Positions 1-12,600 of a DNA stretch of 64,000 nt are shown here, piece by piece. Position 1 is the stretch's first letter, and each line of letters opens with the position of its first letter. Origin of the DNA: Lepidodermella squamata (taxonomy: Eukaryota > Animalia > Gastrotricha); assembly GCA_047495785.1 (NCBI GenBank), contig JBLDXI010000033.1, positions 1,240,001 to 1,304,000 on the forward strand, given 5' to 3'. The notes under the pieces are model-generated. The model searched no databases and was not told where the DNA came from. It saw nothing but the letters and a program-made list of their open reading frames with translations. The position numbers were made by a program, and so were the translations under genes.

Positions 1-339
1 ATACCCTTGATCTCCAAACTCCAAATCAAAAGAATCCGAAAAGTGGATTTTTGTGTTACCGATATCAGCGATCTCAAAGAATCGCAAAGCCTCGAACCAG
101 GAGCATTTTTCATTGGCGACCTCTCAAAGAAATGTGATAACCTATCTTTTATTCGAAACTAAGAAGCAAATGAGAAGTTGTGATAAAATGGTCAAAACCG
201 GGTAACGTAAAGTCTTACTACGAAAGATTAGAATTACGGCAATTTGCTAGCGATTTTTTCAAACTCTTATTCAATCAATGTTAATTGAGAGTGAACCAAT
301 GTACATTACCAATGTATTTGGATCGTGCATGCTTCTCGG

Positions 340-897
340 TCAAATCAGTAAAGATGATAAAATTAATATCAAAACAGAACTAATCAAAATAAGATCCGTT
401 GCAGTTCGCTGAGATGCGGACGAGTCCAGACCTCTTTTCACTATGATCTTTGAAGTCTTATTGCTCGATAGATCAGTGATCTCGACGGTGCCAACAGATG
501 CAGCTGCGATCCCGGCATTTTTATACGCTTTGTCACCAAGCAGTTTGACAGCTCGGCACATAAATTTGGCGTCGATAGCGCGGCACAGCGTTGCATTCTC
601 ACTTGCCTTGTCCAAGCAACTGCAAAAGGTATTGTCGCAATTTTCTTTACCACCTTGAATGTCATAGCAGGTATCGTGAGCTCTACAGCACCTATTCATC
701 TTCCCTGAGAAAAAGAAATTTATTTCGGCAAATGGGTAAAACAAAAGGGAAATACATTTGACGTTCGAACATTGCAAGCTCAAGACGGTTTTTGCTAGAT
801 TGTTCTGGCGTTCCGTTGTGCCGCATTCAAACTTAGAATCGACGATTGCTATGAGTTGGCATGCCACAAAGATAAGAGCAACGAGCATGAACTTCAT
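340..897 (-). CDS. Secreted phospholipase A2-like protein with hydrophobic C-terminus (possible GPI anchor); one in-frame 51-nt intron at ~705-755
   Basis: Signal peptide MKFMLVALIFVACQLIAIVDS; sPLA2 core RCCRAHDTCY...CDNTFCSCL; GTATTT...CTCAG intron; C-terminal LILISSVLILILSSLLI. Confidence 0.75.
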   Translation of the reverse strand: MKFMLVALIFVACQLIAIVDSKFECGTTERQNNLAKTVLSLQCSNVKCISLLFYPFAEINFFFSGKMNRCCRAHDTCYDIQGGKENCDNTFCSCLDKASENATLCRAIDAKFMCRAVKLLGDKAYKNAGIAAASVGTVEITDLSSNKTSKIIVKRGLDSSASQRTATDLILISSVLILILSSLLI

Positions 898-1686
898 GCT
901 TTATTAAAATTAATTTAATATTAATTCAATTTATATAAAGTATTCCCATCTTTTGTGAGGCAGCGTTAGGGCGGACCCATATTATTTGCCATCCAGTGTC
1001 GCGGCTCTATGTGAGAACACCTGCCGAAACACTACGCCAACAGCGCCCATGTGCGCGAAACAAAGAAGCAAGCATTAATATTCTTCTACTGCCATATAGT
1101 ATTCACAGAAAAAAAAAGAAATGCTCTTAAGAACTTGGGCAAATTTTTGTACCATTCTCCATTGATTAATTGGAAATTTCTCAACTGATTCAGTGTAATG
1201 GATTATAAGCTGACAATGCGCACCAATCAAGTGTATGCGAGTGACGATTTGAAGTTTTCTAACTGTCAACATAAATTGACAGCACTCCTAATGAAAAAGT
1301 TTGTTCTATGACTTGAGAGCACGCGATTTAACCGGTAAGATTTAAGACAATTTGAGTTGAATTAGCCACCCAGAATCACTTGTCACTTGCTTTGATTTGA
1401 CCGCACTCTGTATGAAGTTATAAGTCATGCGAGATAGCAAAAACTCTTGATGAATCATTTCGGCATTTCGGTACTACAGCAGAGTCAGATCTCTCTGTGT
1501 TATTTTCCATGACTGCTCTCAAATCGGTTGCTATTATTGCGGTGCTCTTAAATCGCGTGCTAATAAGTCATAGAACCAAAAATATCCGATAAATAAATGA
1601 GTTAAATCTGTCAAAAAATTGGCACCACTGAAGTGCCCAGAAAAATCTATAACTTTCGCACTAATACGATACGCGTATTATACAAT

Positions 1687-3554
1687 ATGAGTAATGAATT
1701 TTACATGCTTTTAATAATTTCGATCATACCAATAATGGAGATAATCTCCGCCCAGGTACCCGAGCCGCTGCCAATCGAGTGCAGAAATGTTACAGGTAGT
1801 AAGGTTATTCTGATCTTAACTCAGTTACCGAGCCTGAAACACAGTTAGCGAAGCCGATGTTGGCGCATATATATTCAAGAAATACCGCGATGCCTGGCAA
1901 AGACCGAGACTGAACGCCAGAGATTCGTTAACAGTGAATATCGCACTCAGTGTTTCATCAATTAACGACGTAGTAGGTCACTATCCAACAATCTGTAACT
2001 GGCTCTTCATTACCCTTTTTCTCAAAGCTTGAAAAGTACAGGATACTGAAAATCACTGCCCACCTTATGCTGAGATGGTTCGACGAGTATCACACGTGGA
2101 AAACTGTCTACCCATTGTTTTGCGTTCCATACATAGGTAATGATGAAAAATTAGTTTTAGCGTCATTTTTGTTTTTTTTTTCCAAGTCGTTCCAGCGACA
2201 CTGCTCTGGCGACCAGATGTGGCTCATATGAATTCGTAAAGGGAATTAATACCAGCACTAATTGTTGTCAGCGTTTCTTATTTATCCAGACCAAAGAAGT
2301 ATGATTTGATGGACATGGATGGCGAGAAAATCAGGCTTCATAGTGATGGATTTACAACATTCAGCCCAGGTTATAACCCTAATGCTACAAACACTGATTC
2401 AAATTCTCGGCTATTTCAGGCGGAACTTTTGACACATTCTGCGATTTCGACTTCACCTTGTTTCCATTCGACACTCAAGTAATTGGAGTTGGTACTTATT
2501 GATTATCATTCAGGTCTTCTCAATATAGAAATGCGCAATCAAATTAGAATCCTGGCGCTACACGCAAGATTACGTGACCTTCCAACTCGGAAGCCCGACA
2601 GGTGGCGTGAAAGTCTACCAGTTCACCGAAAATGATCAATGGATGTTCGTCGGAAGCGAGCAACGACTCTACACTGAAATATACACTTACAAAGAAATGC
2701 AATTCGACCACGTAGAATTCTGCCTGTTCATCAAACGAAAATCTGCCCACTACCTCATGAACATTGTCTTCCCTAGCATCATTATTTCTATCGCCCAGAT
2801 TTCATCGTTTACACTATCGGCTCGAGAATCTGTCAAACTTGAGTTGTCTTTTACTTGCTTACTAGCTTACTCAGTTTTTCAACTTCAAATCGTGGGAGAC
2901 ATGCCTCGTTCTTCCGACCATGTGCCGTATTTGTCCGTCTACATCGACCTGCAAATGTTGTACATCGCCGTTTCGATGTTGGGCCAGGGCGTAGCATTTT
3001 TATTCCTCAGCTTTTCTGATGATGGGTACCACGAAGAAACAATTTGCGACGTCCCAGAATGGATTTTCCAAACATTTCGGATTCTGGGAAAACTTCTGTT
3101 TGTTGGCGGGGCTCCGTCGGAAAGAGACTTTGAAGACACTGGTACGAAAACTCCATCTCCTGTTAGAATCAACAATTTCGATCAAGAAGCTAATAAGGAC
3201 CTGCAGTTATTACCACCCCATAAAAGTCGAGTCCAATTCGTTGATCACAGTGCTAATAACGACTTGGATAGTGCGACAAGTAATGTTGATGGTCTAAGTG
3301 CTGGAGATAGACGTAGCAGCCTCGTAATGGGCCCCTTCGACGAAAGACGTCGTTCATTTCGGCTGGTCAAGCGCCAACATCGCCGTAGTCAGCATTTACT
3401 TATAAATAGCCGAAGACGCTGGATTTACATGGCAGCCGTAGCAGATCGATTCACTTTCGTCTTCTATATGATCACCCTAGTCGTTACCCCTTTAGTACTA
3501 GTGCTCGTGGCGCCGTCGCCCTCAGATTACCACCACATACCCGCCCCCAAGTGA
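1687..3554 (+). CDS. Cys-loop ligand-gated ion channel subunit (nAChR-like, non-alpha), multi-exon
   Basis: Exon-spanning motifs LWRPDV, Cys-loop FCDFDFTLFPFDTQ|KCAIKLESW, pre-M1 IKRKSAHYLMNIVFP, M2-M3 MPRSSDHVPYL, MA/M4 RRWIYMAAVADRF; no vicinal Cys in loop C. Confidence 0.9.
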
Positions 3555-3678
3555 GTTGAATAAAAATTAATATTTTTCAGGTGGCGCTTTTTATTACTTT
3601 TGCGAGCATTTTATGCTAAAAGGAGGTCACAATTTGACAAGTAATGATTATTCTCCTATAATGAAAGGTCACGCACAG

Positions 3679-4122
3679 TCAAGTAGTTATTGCCCATAGA
3701 ATTAAACTGAAAGAGGTCAACGCATGAAAGCTTTGAAATTGCGGAGCTGAGCCGTAAATAATCGTTTTTCTAACAGTCGGATCATCGCGCATCGGAAGTT
3801 TTCGACACACAGCCATGTTTAGCTTGCAGGTCGCTGGGTAGCTTGACGGTCCGCTCGGTGGTTTGCAGTAGACCTCGCAATCGCCCTCAGCTGGCGGGCA
3901 GTTCGGATCCGGGATGCACCAGGGGAAGTCTTTTGAAATATCCTGCTTGCATGGCGTGCAGCCAGTTGAAAAAGACGACCTCTGATATATGGGCTTATCA
4001 ATGTTGCCAAAGTATAGCAGATCGGGTTCGAGAGTCGACAGGAAATGTTCGCCGCCTTCGTACTGGTATTGGGCAGCGGCGATGCACGCCAGTCCTAAAA
4101 CGCAACAGGCGGAAAATAACAT
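3679..4122 (-). CDS. Small secreted Cys-rich protein with Kazal-like segment and hydrophobic C-terminus (possible GPI anchor)
   Basis: Signal peptide; C...VYC...SYPATCKLNMAVC resembles Kazal spacing; hydrophobic tail ALTSFSLILWAITT. Confidence 0.55.
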   Translation of the reverse strand: MLFSACCVLGLACIAAAQYQYEGGEHFLSTLEPDLLYFGNIDKPIYQRSSFSTGCTPCKQDISKDFPWCIPDPNCPPAEGDCEVYCKPPSGPSSYPATCKLNMAVCRKLPMRDDPTVRKTIIYGSAPQFQSFHALTSFSLILWAITT

Positions 4123-4788
4123 GCTGCGTAAAAATCGTCAAACGTCCCGAATGACCGAAGGAAACACTTCATCCATCCCGGTACGGCTCACTATAATGGG
4201 ACCGGCTATCATAGTGAAGAGCCATTGAGTTGATTCACATTTTTGTATTGTAACGCACAGCCGCTAGCTATGAGAGACTCATCTATTTCCCACCTTTCTT
4301 TATGGTCGCACTTTTAGCGCAAGGTAAATAAGTAAGTAAAAAATGGCTTATATGAAATGATACGGTATTAGCATGTCCTGTGTCGGGAAATAACCTGATG
4401 GCGTCATTTTTTAAGTCTAATCTATATGCTACAACAGTACGGCACTAAGATTGGCACAGCCACTAGATGTGTGCTTGGCTACTAAACAAGACGAGTTGGC
4501 GCGTTACCTGCAAATTGTAGGGTTGCCTACCGGCACGATCCGCGATGAGGATTAGAAAAAACTGCTGTTAAGCGCCTGAGTAATAATATATCATCAGCAT
4601 CGCAGGTGTTAAAAACTTTGGATGCAGTTATTGTAATACTCAATGCACGTTTTTGTTGTTCACAAATGTAAACTAACTTTCAATCCACGCCGCCGTTTTT
4701 TCCCGTTTCTCAATTCACTGGTACTAGACGGCGACGGGAGATCTAAAAGTCGAGTTGTAGTAGTCCATTAGCCTCGGCGTAATGTTAC

Positions 4789-6542
4789 ATGGATTACAGA
4801 GTTTTACTCGTTTTGTCGGTCATTATCGCCATTTGGATAGTTATCGGTGGTTTCTTATTCCAGTTTCTCGAAGCAGTAAATGCTGATGCCATTTTTTTCG
4901 CAATCAACGTCCCTGTTGAAGAAGGTAATAAATAAAATTGAAAATAATCCAATCTCTTCGTTAACCTTGAAACATTTCCAAGATTTACTAACGAGAAACG
5001 ACTCGGCAATTGGAGTGATGGATATCGGTCGAAACGTATCCGCGGTCGCTGAGGCTCTCGGTGCCGCCCTGAATACGTACGAAATCTACCAAGATTGGTA
5101 CGTCAACGTTACCCTCCTCGGTACAAATGTGTCAAATGGCGATAGTTACCAACTAGAAGCTTCCGTCTCGAGAAAACCCGTTAATTCATGGTCATTTTAC
5201 AATTCACTATTTTTTGCCGAATCCCTCATAACAACTGTTGGTACGTCGATTTTTGCGAGTTTTAGTCGTAAAAATTCAAATTTAATTTAGGCTTCGGCAA
5301 TATCGCCCCGGTAACCACAGCTGGCCGATTATGCGCTTGTTTATACGCCGTTATCGGGATTCCCGTAGTAGGCGTGTGGATGAGTGGTATCGGCGAGGGT
5401 ATCCTAGCGGTTGCTAAGCGAATTCGGAACCGCATGTCAACTAATAAGGAGCGGCGACGCACTATCCTCATTATGGAGGCAGTGTTCATATTTGTAATCG
5501 GATGCACTATTTTCATTTTCCTACCATCTTGGCTTTTCGCGTATATGGAGGACTGGACTTACCTCGACGGATTTTATTGTAAGAATTTTTTCGGAAAAAA
5601 AATTGATTTCTAATTCAATTTTTTTCAGTCGCGGTCCTGTCGCTACTTGTCGTCGGTCTGGGTGATATAGTAGCGGGTACCAATGAAAATAAAGATCCGG
5701 GCTGGTACAGAGTTCTTATCAACTTCTGGCTGCTATTCGGACTCGGTTGGTTATCAATGATAGTTTCTTTCGTGTTGGAACTCGTCAAATCTCGAGCTTC
5801 AAAAGTCGCAAAAACAGTCGAAAACGTTGCGATAAAAACAGTAATTATACCTTGCGAATTTTTAAAATCCACCTTAATTATTTTTTCATAGGAAAAAATG
5901 ATTGAACGCAAATTGCAAAAAAGACGGGCGAAAAGGCTGCGAAAATCAATGATGGGACATTCCAACCCTGCTGTAGTTGTGACCACCGACGAGGGAGACG
6001 TTGTTCAACATGATGACTTGACCACTGAGACGCGTCGTAGGTCATCTGGGATTCCGATCGAGTTGACCTTGTTTCACAGACACTCCCTGACTGAGCGGCA
6101 GTTGAGCATAGAAAGTGCTGCTTTCAGCCGGCCGTCGTCGTTAGGCTCATCATTTCGTAGCGGCCACAATATGCCTCCGTTTCATCACATGTCGCCTATT
6201 GAAGAATCTAGTCCAATGAACGGAGCTGTTCCGTCTTTGCCCGCAGCGAAAGGACACTCAAGAGCTCGACATTTCTCCAAGACCCAAACAGCGAACGGGA
6301 AATTGTCAAGTATCGCCAATAATGACAGGCCAATATATTTGACGCAACGAAGTGGCAGTGCAATACCGCCTGCCGCGGATCGGAGGACATCACTTTCGCC
6401 CCAACTTCAAGCACATCAAGTCGACGAGCGAGAACTGGCTAGGACGGAATTTATTGTTATGAACGATTTGGGCATTGCTGAATGCCTTCAACTCGGTGAT
6501 ACAGAGCTGGTGGTAATGCGAGACAAGTGTAACAGCATCTAG
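4789..6542 (+). CDS. Two-pore-domain potassium channel (K2P/KCNK family), paralog 1, multi-exon
   Basis: M1 IVIGGFLFQFLE; WSFYNSLFFAESLITTVG|FGN; EDWTYLDGFY; second filter SLLVVGLGD; WYRVLINFWLLFGLGWL; long cytosolic tail. Confidence 0.9.
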
Positions 6543-6892
6543 CGCGGAGTTCAGCTCTGAATTTATTGCTCTCAATTTTTTTTATTTGTGAAAAATTAAA
6601 TAAATGTGAATTTTTTTCCCGATTATTTCATGAATATTTATGAGCTCCGCAGTACAATTTTTTCGCAGTCGTGTTCGGTTAATTACTGCTATGGGAAGTT
6701 GTTGCGAACAGGGGTAATAATTGAGGATTTTTTGATGCCAACAGCACAACATTATTCGCCGTATTAACACCTTTCTGCTGCGCTCGAAAAATGTGTGATG
6801 GCAGCAGCAAAAAAGGTGCGACTTAAGTTTACGTCGGGTCATGGCATTTGTTACAACAAGTTGTTCAGGTCGACACAGCACGGCGTTTCTAC

Positions 6893-8492
6893 ATGGATAT
6901 AAAAGCATTCGTCCTTGTTTCTATCATCCTCGTCGTTTATCTTGTTCTGGGTGGGCTGTTATTTCAATACCTCGAACGTCTCGATGAAAAAGGACTTCAG
7001 CGGCAGTCGAATTTTACCGGCATATTACTAGGTAATAATTTTTTTGGCGGAAAATTAAACAAAAAATGCACGAGTCTCCTTGCAGAAAACTTGACTAGAA
7101 ATTGGACATATGCTCAATTGGATGTTGTAAATCGATTGGTTGCTAAAGTATTCGATGAAATAAGCAATGCAACTAACGACACTATTATAGCTTTAATAAA
7201 TGTTTCGAGCGAAATTGTACCCGGGGATCAAAATTCACCAGCAACATTTTTGCTGAAAATCATCGACCAACTCGATGATAACTGGTCGCTATACAACGGA
7301 TTTTTCTACGCTGAAACGCTGCTAGCTACAGTAGGATTCGGGTTCATTTACACGAAAACGCCGGCTGGAAAATTGGTTGCATGCCTCTACGCAACCGTAG
7401 GCATACCTATCCTCGGCGTTTGGATGAATTGCAACCGCGAAATTTTGTTCTCGCTCATGGAAAAACTGCGCGCAAAAGTTCAATTCTATACGACGCAGCG
7501 CAAAACTTCGCTGGTAGTCGAGGCGATTCTTCTCGTTCTACTCGGCTCGGTTGTCTTCATCTTTTGCCCTGCAGTACTGTTCGCTTACATGGAAGATTGG
7601 ACCTATTTAGCCGGTTTTTACTTCTCTGTGATGACACTCACTACTATTGGATTGGGAGATTTAGTGGCTGGTTTGTTGAATTTTAATGAATTTTTTCTGA
7701 TTTTGTGAGCAATTTTTAAGGTGCTCAAAGCGATGCTCCTGGTTGGTATCGCGTTTTCATCAACTTCTGGCTTTTATTTGGATTAGGATGGCTATCTTTG
7801 ATTATCTCTCTCGCAATTGATATTTACAAGGCTCGAGCTCATAAAGCCATGGCCAAAGTTGTTGAAAAATACGTTGCTGTGAGTTTTGACCTTTTTCAAG
7901 CAATAATTTCACGCATTTTTTGCAATTTCAATAGCAAAAGCGCAGACGTAGGGCAATATCTTACTCTGGTCAAAGAAATGTTTCTGTGGTGTTGTCGGAA
8001 ATAAACGCGAGGTACAACGATGAAACCCGTCGCAGATCTCATTCTTTGACGTCACCTGGAACGATGTCCCCGCAGCGATCGTATAGTTTCAAGTTTAGCA
8101 ACACCGGCCTAGAAAGTCGACTACGGCAAGTCAGAGCGATGGCGCTTGAACTGAAATCAAGTGGGCAGCGATTTTCTATGAGTTGCGGGGCATTGGACGC
8201 CGAAGACGATGCAAATTATCAAGAAACAATCAACTCAGCTCTTGGCCGAAAGATGCTGTCTTTCGACTGCATTCGAAATCCCGGAAGTGACATTGAAATG
8301 GCTGTTGAGGAAAAGACAGGAAATCCATCTCAACTACAGCATGCTGCGGTAAATGAAGCTTTTGAACTCGAGCCCGAAGGGGCTGAATCTTCAGAAGCTA
8401 AAACAAGCGATGCGTCAACTTCCGCTGGCTATTCTTACGTCTCTTGGCTGGCGCAGAAAAGTTTAGAATTCATGGGATATGCTTCTGGATGA
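6893..8492 (+). CDS. Two-pore-domain potassium channel (K2P/KCNK family), paralog 2, multi-exon
   Basis: YLVLGGLLFQYLE; WSLYNGFFYAETLLATVGFGF; EDWTYLAGFYFSVMTLTTIGLGD; WYRVFINFWLLFGLGWL. Confidence 0.9.
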
Positions 8493-9622
8493 TTATTTAA
8501 TTTCTTATTTTTTCGGCTAATCCTCCTTGAATGAATGACGCATAAATGACGAATAAATAGACTTTTCAGCGAAACATTATTTGCCAAATAAATAAGATTT
8601 AGAGCTGTAATATATAGACGGTTGTCAAGCTGATCAAGAGGAGATACCTCTAATTCGACTAATGGATTAATTGTCTTTAAACTGGTATTTCTCTCAGCAG
8701 AGCCGAATTTATTATAGAATTTCGCTTCTAAAGTATACAAACGATCGTGATTTTAAACTATAAGATGCTGACAATTTTTATTAATTTACAGCAAATTTTC
8801 AAATACTTTTTAAATAACTTTTCAGGCTTAAAGTACCCTGCATTTTTAACCACAAAGATCAAAAATTGAAATTATTATCAAATACCTATATTACTCATTT
8901 ATACTATAAATTTAAAAACACATTCCCAAACTTAAAAAATGCGTTTTATTCATCGTGCACAGGGTAGTGATTGAAGGAAATGTGGAGTGCGATTTTTTTT
9001 ACAGTGAACGATAAGAGCAAAATTTTACCTGGCGTTATAGCCATACCTATGAGCTATCTGTGGTAGAAAGGATCACCCAATGTTTTCAAGACTCAAAGTT
9101 AGCACTATTCTTTCGATCACAGCCCTGAGTGTTGTAGCAACACTAAAAGGGGCATTACCATAGAGTTGTCAAAGTTGTACCAGCTTGTCAAAATTGTACC
9201 TTTCTTTCGGGCCATTTTTCTCAGGTGAATTACCTGGATCAGGCCGTGGAAAAATTACAACAATTATGCCCAGGACAAGGGGGTTCTGACGGTGTAAAAA
9301 TTTGGAAAGAATAAACCTGAATTGATTTTCTGGAATTTTTTACTAAGTTGTACCTTTTTGTTGTCAAAATTGTACCCGGTATCGACCTTTAGCTTGAGTT
9401 CGTTTTTTGGGCCGGGGCGTTGATGTTTTGAAAGAAATGCAAAAACAACATGTATTGTAAATGGACACGCTCGCGATCTTGTTTATAGGTGGCAATATTT
9501 TTCAACGCATTCCACGTGACCCTTAAAAAACACGCGGCATTTCCGAATGATTTCTTTCACAAATATCAATTTAATTGCTGAAAACTATCAGTATTATTGC
9601 GTTATTTTTATCTGGCAAGATC

Positions 9623-12600
9623 ATGAAATTGCTAGTCATGATAATGGCCGCCGTGATCGCCGACATGGTGCGATGCGGCGAGTGGGCTCGTTGCTTCTCG
9701 CAATTCGATGACTCATTCACTACTTGCCGCGAAACACCTACCGGCTGCTATCGGCTGCGCGAATATCAAGTGAGGTGCAATGCTTGGGGAAATACTTTGA
9801 AAGAAACGGTTATATTTTACAGCTTGGAGACTCTACTTCAGATCAATTGTCTTGTACGAGGGCGGTAGGTTTTCCCGATTTAGCTATTTTCAACTTTTTT
9901 TATTCTCTCCTCAATAGACCGCTCGATTGTGTTATAGATACGCCACTTACGCGGTAACGTGCCGGCCTGGCACTCCTGGATGCGGGAAAACAAATGAAAT
10001 CATGGTTAGTTACATACTTAGAAACTCGAAATTTAATTCCGGAATATCTTTCGTTTTATAAAAATCACATCTTCAAAAACATTTCGCGAATTTTGACCCG
10101 ATATCTGAGCGCTAAGCGAAGCCCGATTTTGTTAGGGCATATTATGAAAATAATTTATTGCTTACATTTTTGCACCTGCGGCGGATTGGGCGGTTTTTCC
10201 CAAAAATTTTAAACGCATGTTTCGGCGATTTATTTATTTAAAATTATGAGTTCTGTTGGGAGTGGGACCCACTTCAATCGCGAGTATTGCAAAGTTGTTC
10301 CTGGAATCCATAACTGTATCAGCCCTGGAATAATTAGCTCAATTATTGCAGGTTGGTGGTTCTTATAATGGAGCGTACCCATTTAGAACGAATCTAGCGG
10401 CCTGTGCTACAGACTACATCAATTTTCCGGTAAGTATTAAGATTACAACAGCTGTAGAGATTAAAAATGAACATTATTTTCACAGAATCGAAACTTCAGC
10501 GCTTGCGTTGATGCTGCTCAAAAGTTTGTCACCTGCGTGCCGAGCGAGTTTTCGTGTCCTAATGGGGTAATAAATCTGCCTGTTTATCTATTAATTCATC
10601 TATTAAATGGCGGTATAATATAGACAAAATCTACGAATTACTCGGGTTTGGAACCTTGCATTCGCAGTTTAAGCAGTGAGTTTTCAGTTACGAATTTTCT
10701 CCGATCGGTCGATGGAGCCTCTGCTGATTTATATTGTTATATGATTCATTTCGAAACCGTTATTCTAAAAAATTTCGAAGGCGAAGCTGCTGATTCGGTC
10801 AAGCCGCACATTCGTTGTTTCAATGCTGTCACGCGTGAGTTCACTGGTTGCAAGTTGAGCAGCAGCGGCTGCGGCGCCAATGAAACCAGTGAATTTTCGA
10901 CTGGTATCTACCGAAATAAAGCAAACTGCTTATCATGGGTAAGCTCAAGTCCGAGAAATGCGATCACTTGACTGATAAATTATCTCTCCGCATTAGTATG
11001 CTGTCCAATGCGATACGGCGAACGGCAAGAGGTGCTACAACATTTGTCCGACGGGTTCAACCATGGCGAGCTTTTGACTTTGAGCCGAGATTACTCATTT
11101 GAATTTTCAATTAAATCAGGGGATCATCTATGCGAATTCAACGAAGTTTGCTGATAACCACGCGGCCTGCATGAATGATGTGAAACCTGGTATGGTCTGA
11201 ACTCTTTACCTTTTATAGGCTATTCACAATATCTGAAGAAATTTACTCGAAAACAGCCAATGGGAGAGATTGAAGCGAAAATTCACAAGAAAAACGAGAA
11301 AATTGTAGAGTGTTGAACATAGGGCAAAAAACGATTTTCTCCTGATATGGGGGTTATTTTCGTAGCTGCCTTTATCGATAAAGTTAACTTTATCCCATAA
11401 TGTCGACTTTATCGCCTGGAAATAAAGTCGACTTTATGACCGGTATGATTTTCGAACATAAAGTCAACTTTATTTCACTAAAATCGGCTCGCAAACATAA
11501 ATGTACTACGGCCGATAAAGTCGACCGGCCTCGACTTTACCGCCTTAAAGTCGACTTTAACGGCCGATTTTTGTCCGAAATCAAGCGTTTTGACCTCAAA
11601 AACACTTGCTGACCTAATTGTATAAGAATCATAGCAATATAAAAGCTGGTAAGAAGTAGGTCACGACTGATGATGAGCAATTTGAAACTGGCGCCTAGTT
11701 TTTATGCCAGATAGAGCCAACTTTATCCGATAAAGTCGACTTTAGCTAATGAAGACTTCGAAAATACTTAGTCGCCTTTATAATTAAACCAACATTAGCT
11801 AATGTCGACCTTATCAGATAAAGCTGGCTTTATCGATAGAGTCGACTTAACCATGAAGACAGCTTCGAAAATAACCCCCATCTTCGGTTATCGCCGAAAA
11901 AATTGATTGTAACCGATCGTGGGCTCGGTTATGTCGGGAAATCTAATCCGGCATTACTGAGTTTTTTTAATGGTTTTTAGGCTCCCAAATTGGCGCCCAG
12001 ATGGGTGCCATATTGCTGATCGGAATTACTTGAAATTTTCTTATTGTTACCACCATCGCCAAATATAGCATTCGCTCAAAAAATATAGTGTTAGTACCCA
12101 TGCTCATGCAATATTTTACGATATAGCACTCGTAATTCATTCATATCTGGATGTTCTCCGCACTCGATTTTACTCATCTCAACTCGCCTCCGGCTCGTTT
12201 CGTTTAGTATTTACCGCAATTTTTCGTATTTTACTTATTTAAAAAAAATTGATAGGTAAAAAAGTTAAGAGTTGCAACAGTGGCGGAAAAACAGACGCAA
12301 CGCGCGCCAAAGAGAGACCCGAATATAAAAATATAGATTTTCACATACTTACGCAGATTGGCATATCCCCTTAACATAATTGTAAGTTATGTTTTTTGGA
12401 GCTTGAAATTGAGCACAAACAGGTAAGAATGGTTTAATATTATTCAACTGAACCATCCTGTTAAACTGGGGTTCGATGCTTCTGCTTTAACAGCAATTTG
12501 CAACCTGACTTCTATAACTCTCAATAAATGTTGATAGCCAAGTATTTTGTGGTTCGAGCGGACACCTACCCAATGGGGGCTCTCAGATGCCGCAATGGTG

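Noticed and set aside
1-162. Open frame IPLISKLQ...FIRN* at the window start
   Set aside because: Could be a terminal exon but has no recognisable motif
9160-9380. Repeated TTGTCAAA(A/G)TTGTACC motif
   Set aside because: Probably a transposon remnant, but no matching opposite terminus or TSD could be identified; irregular spacing, not a CRISPR array
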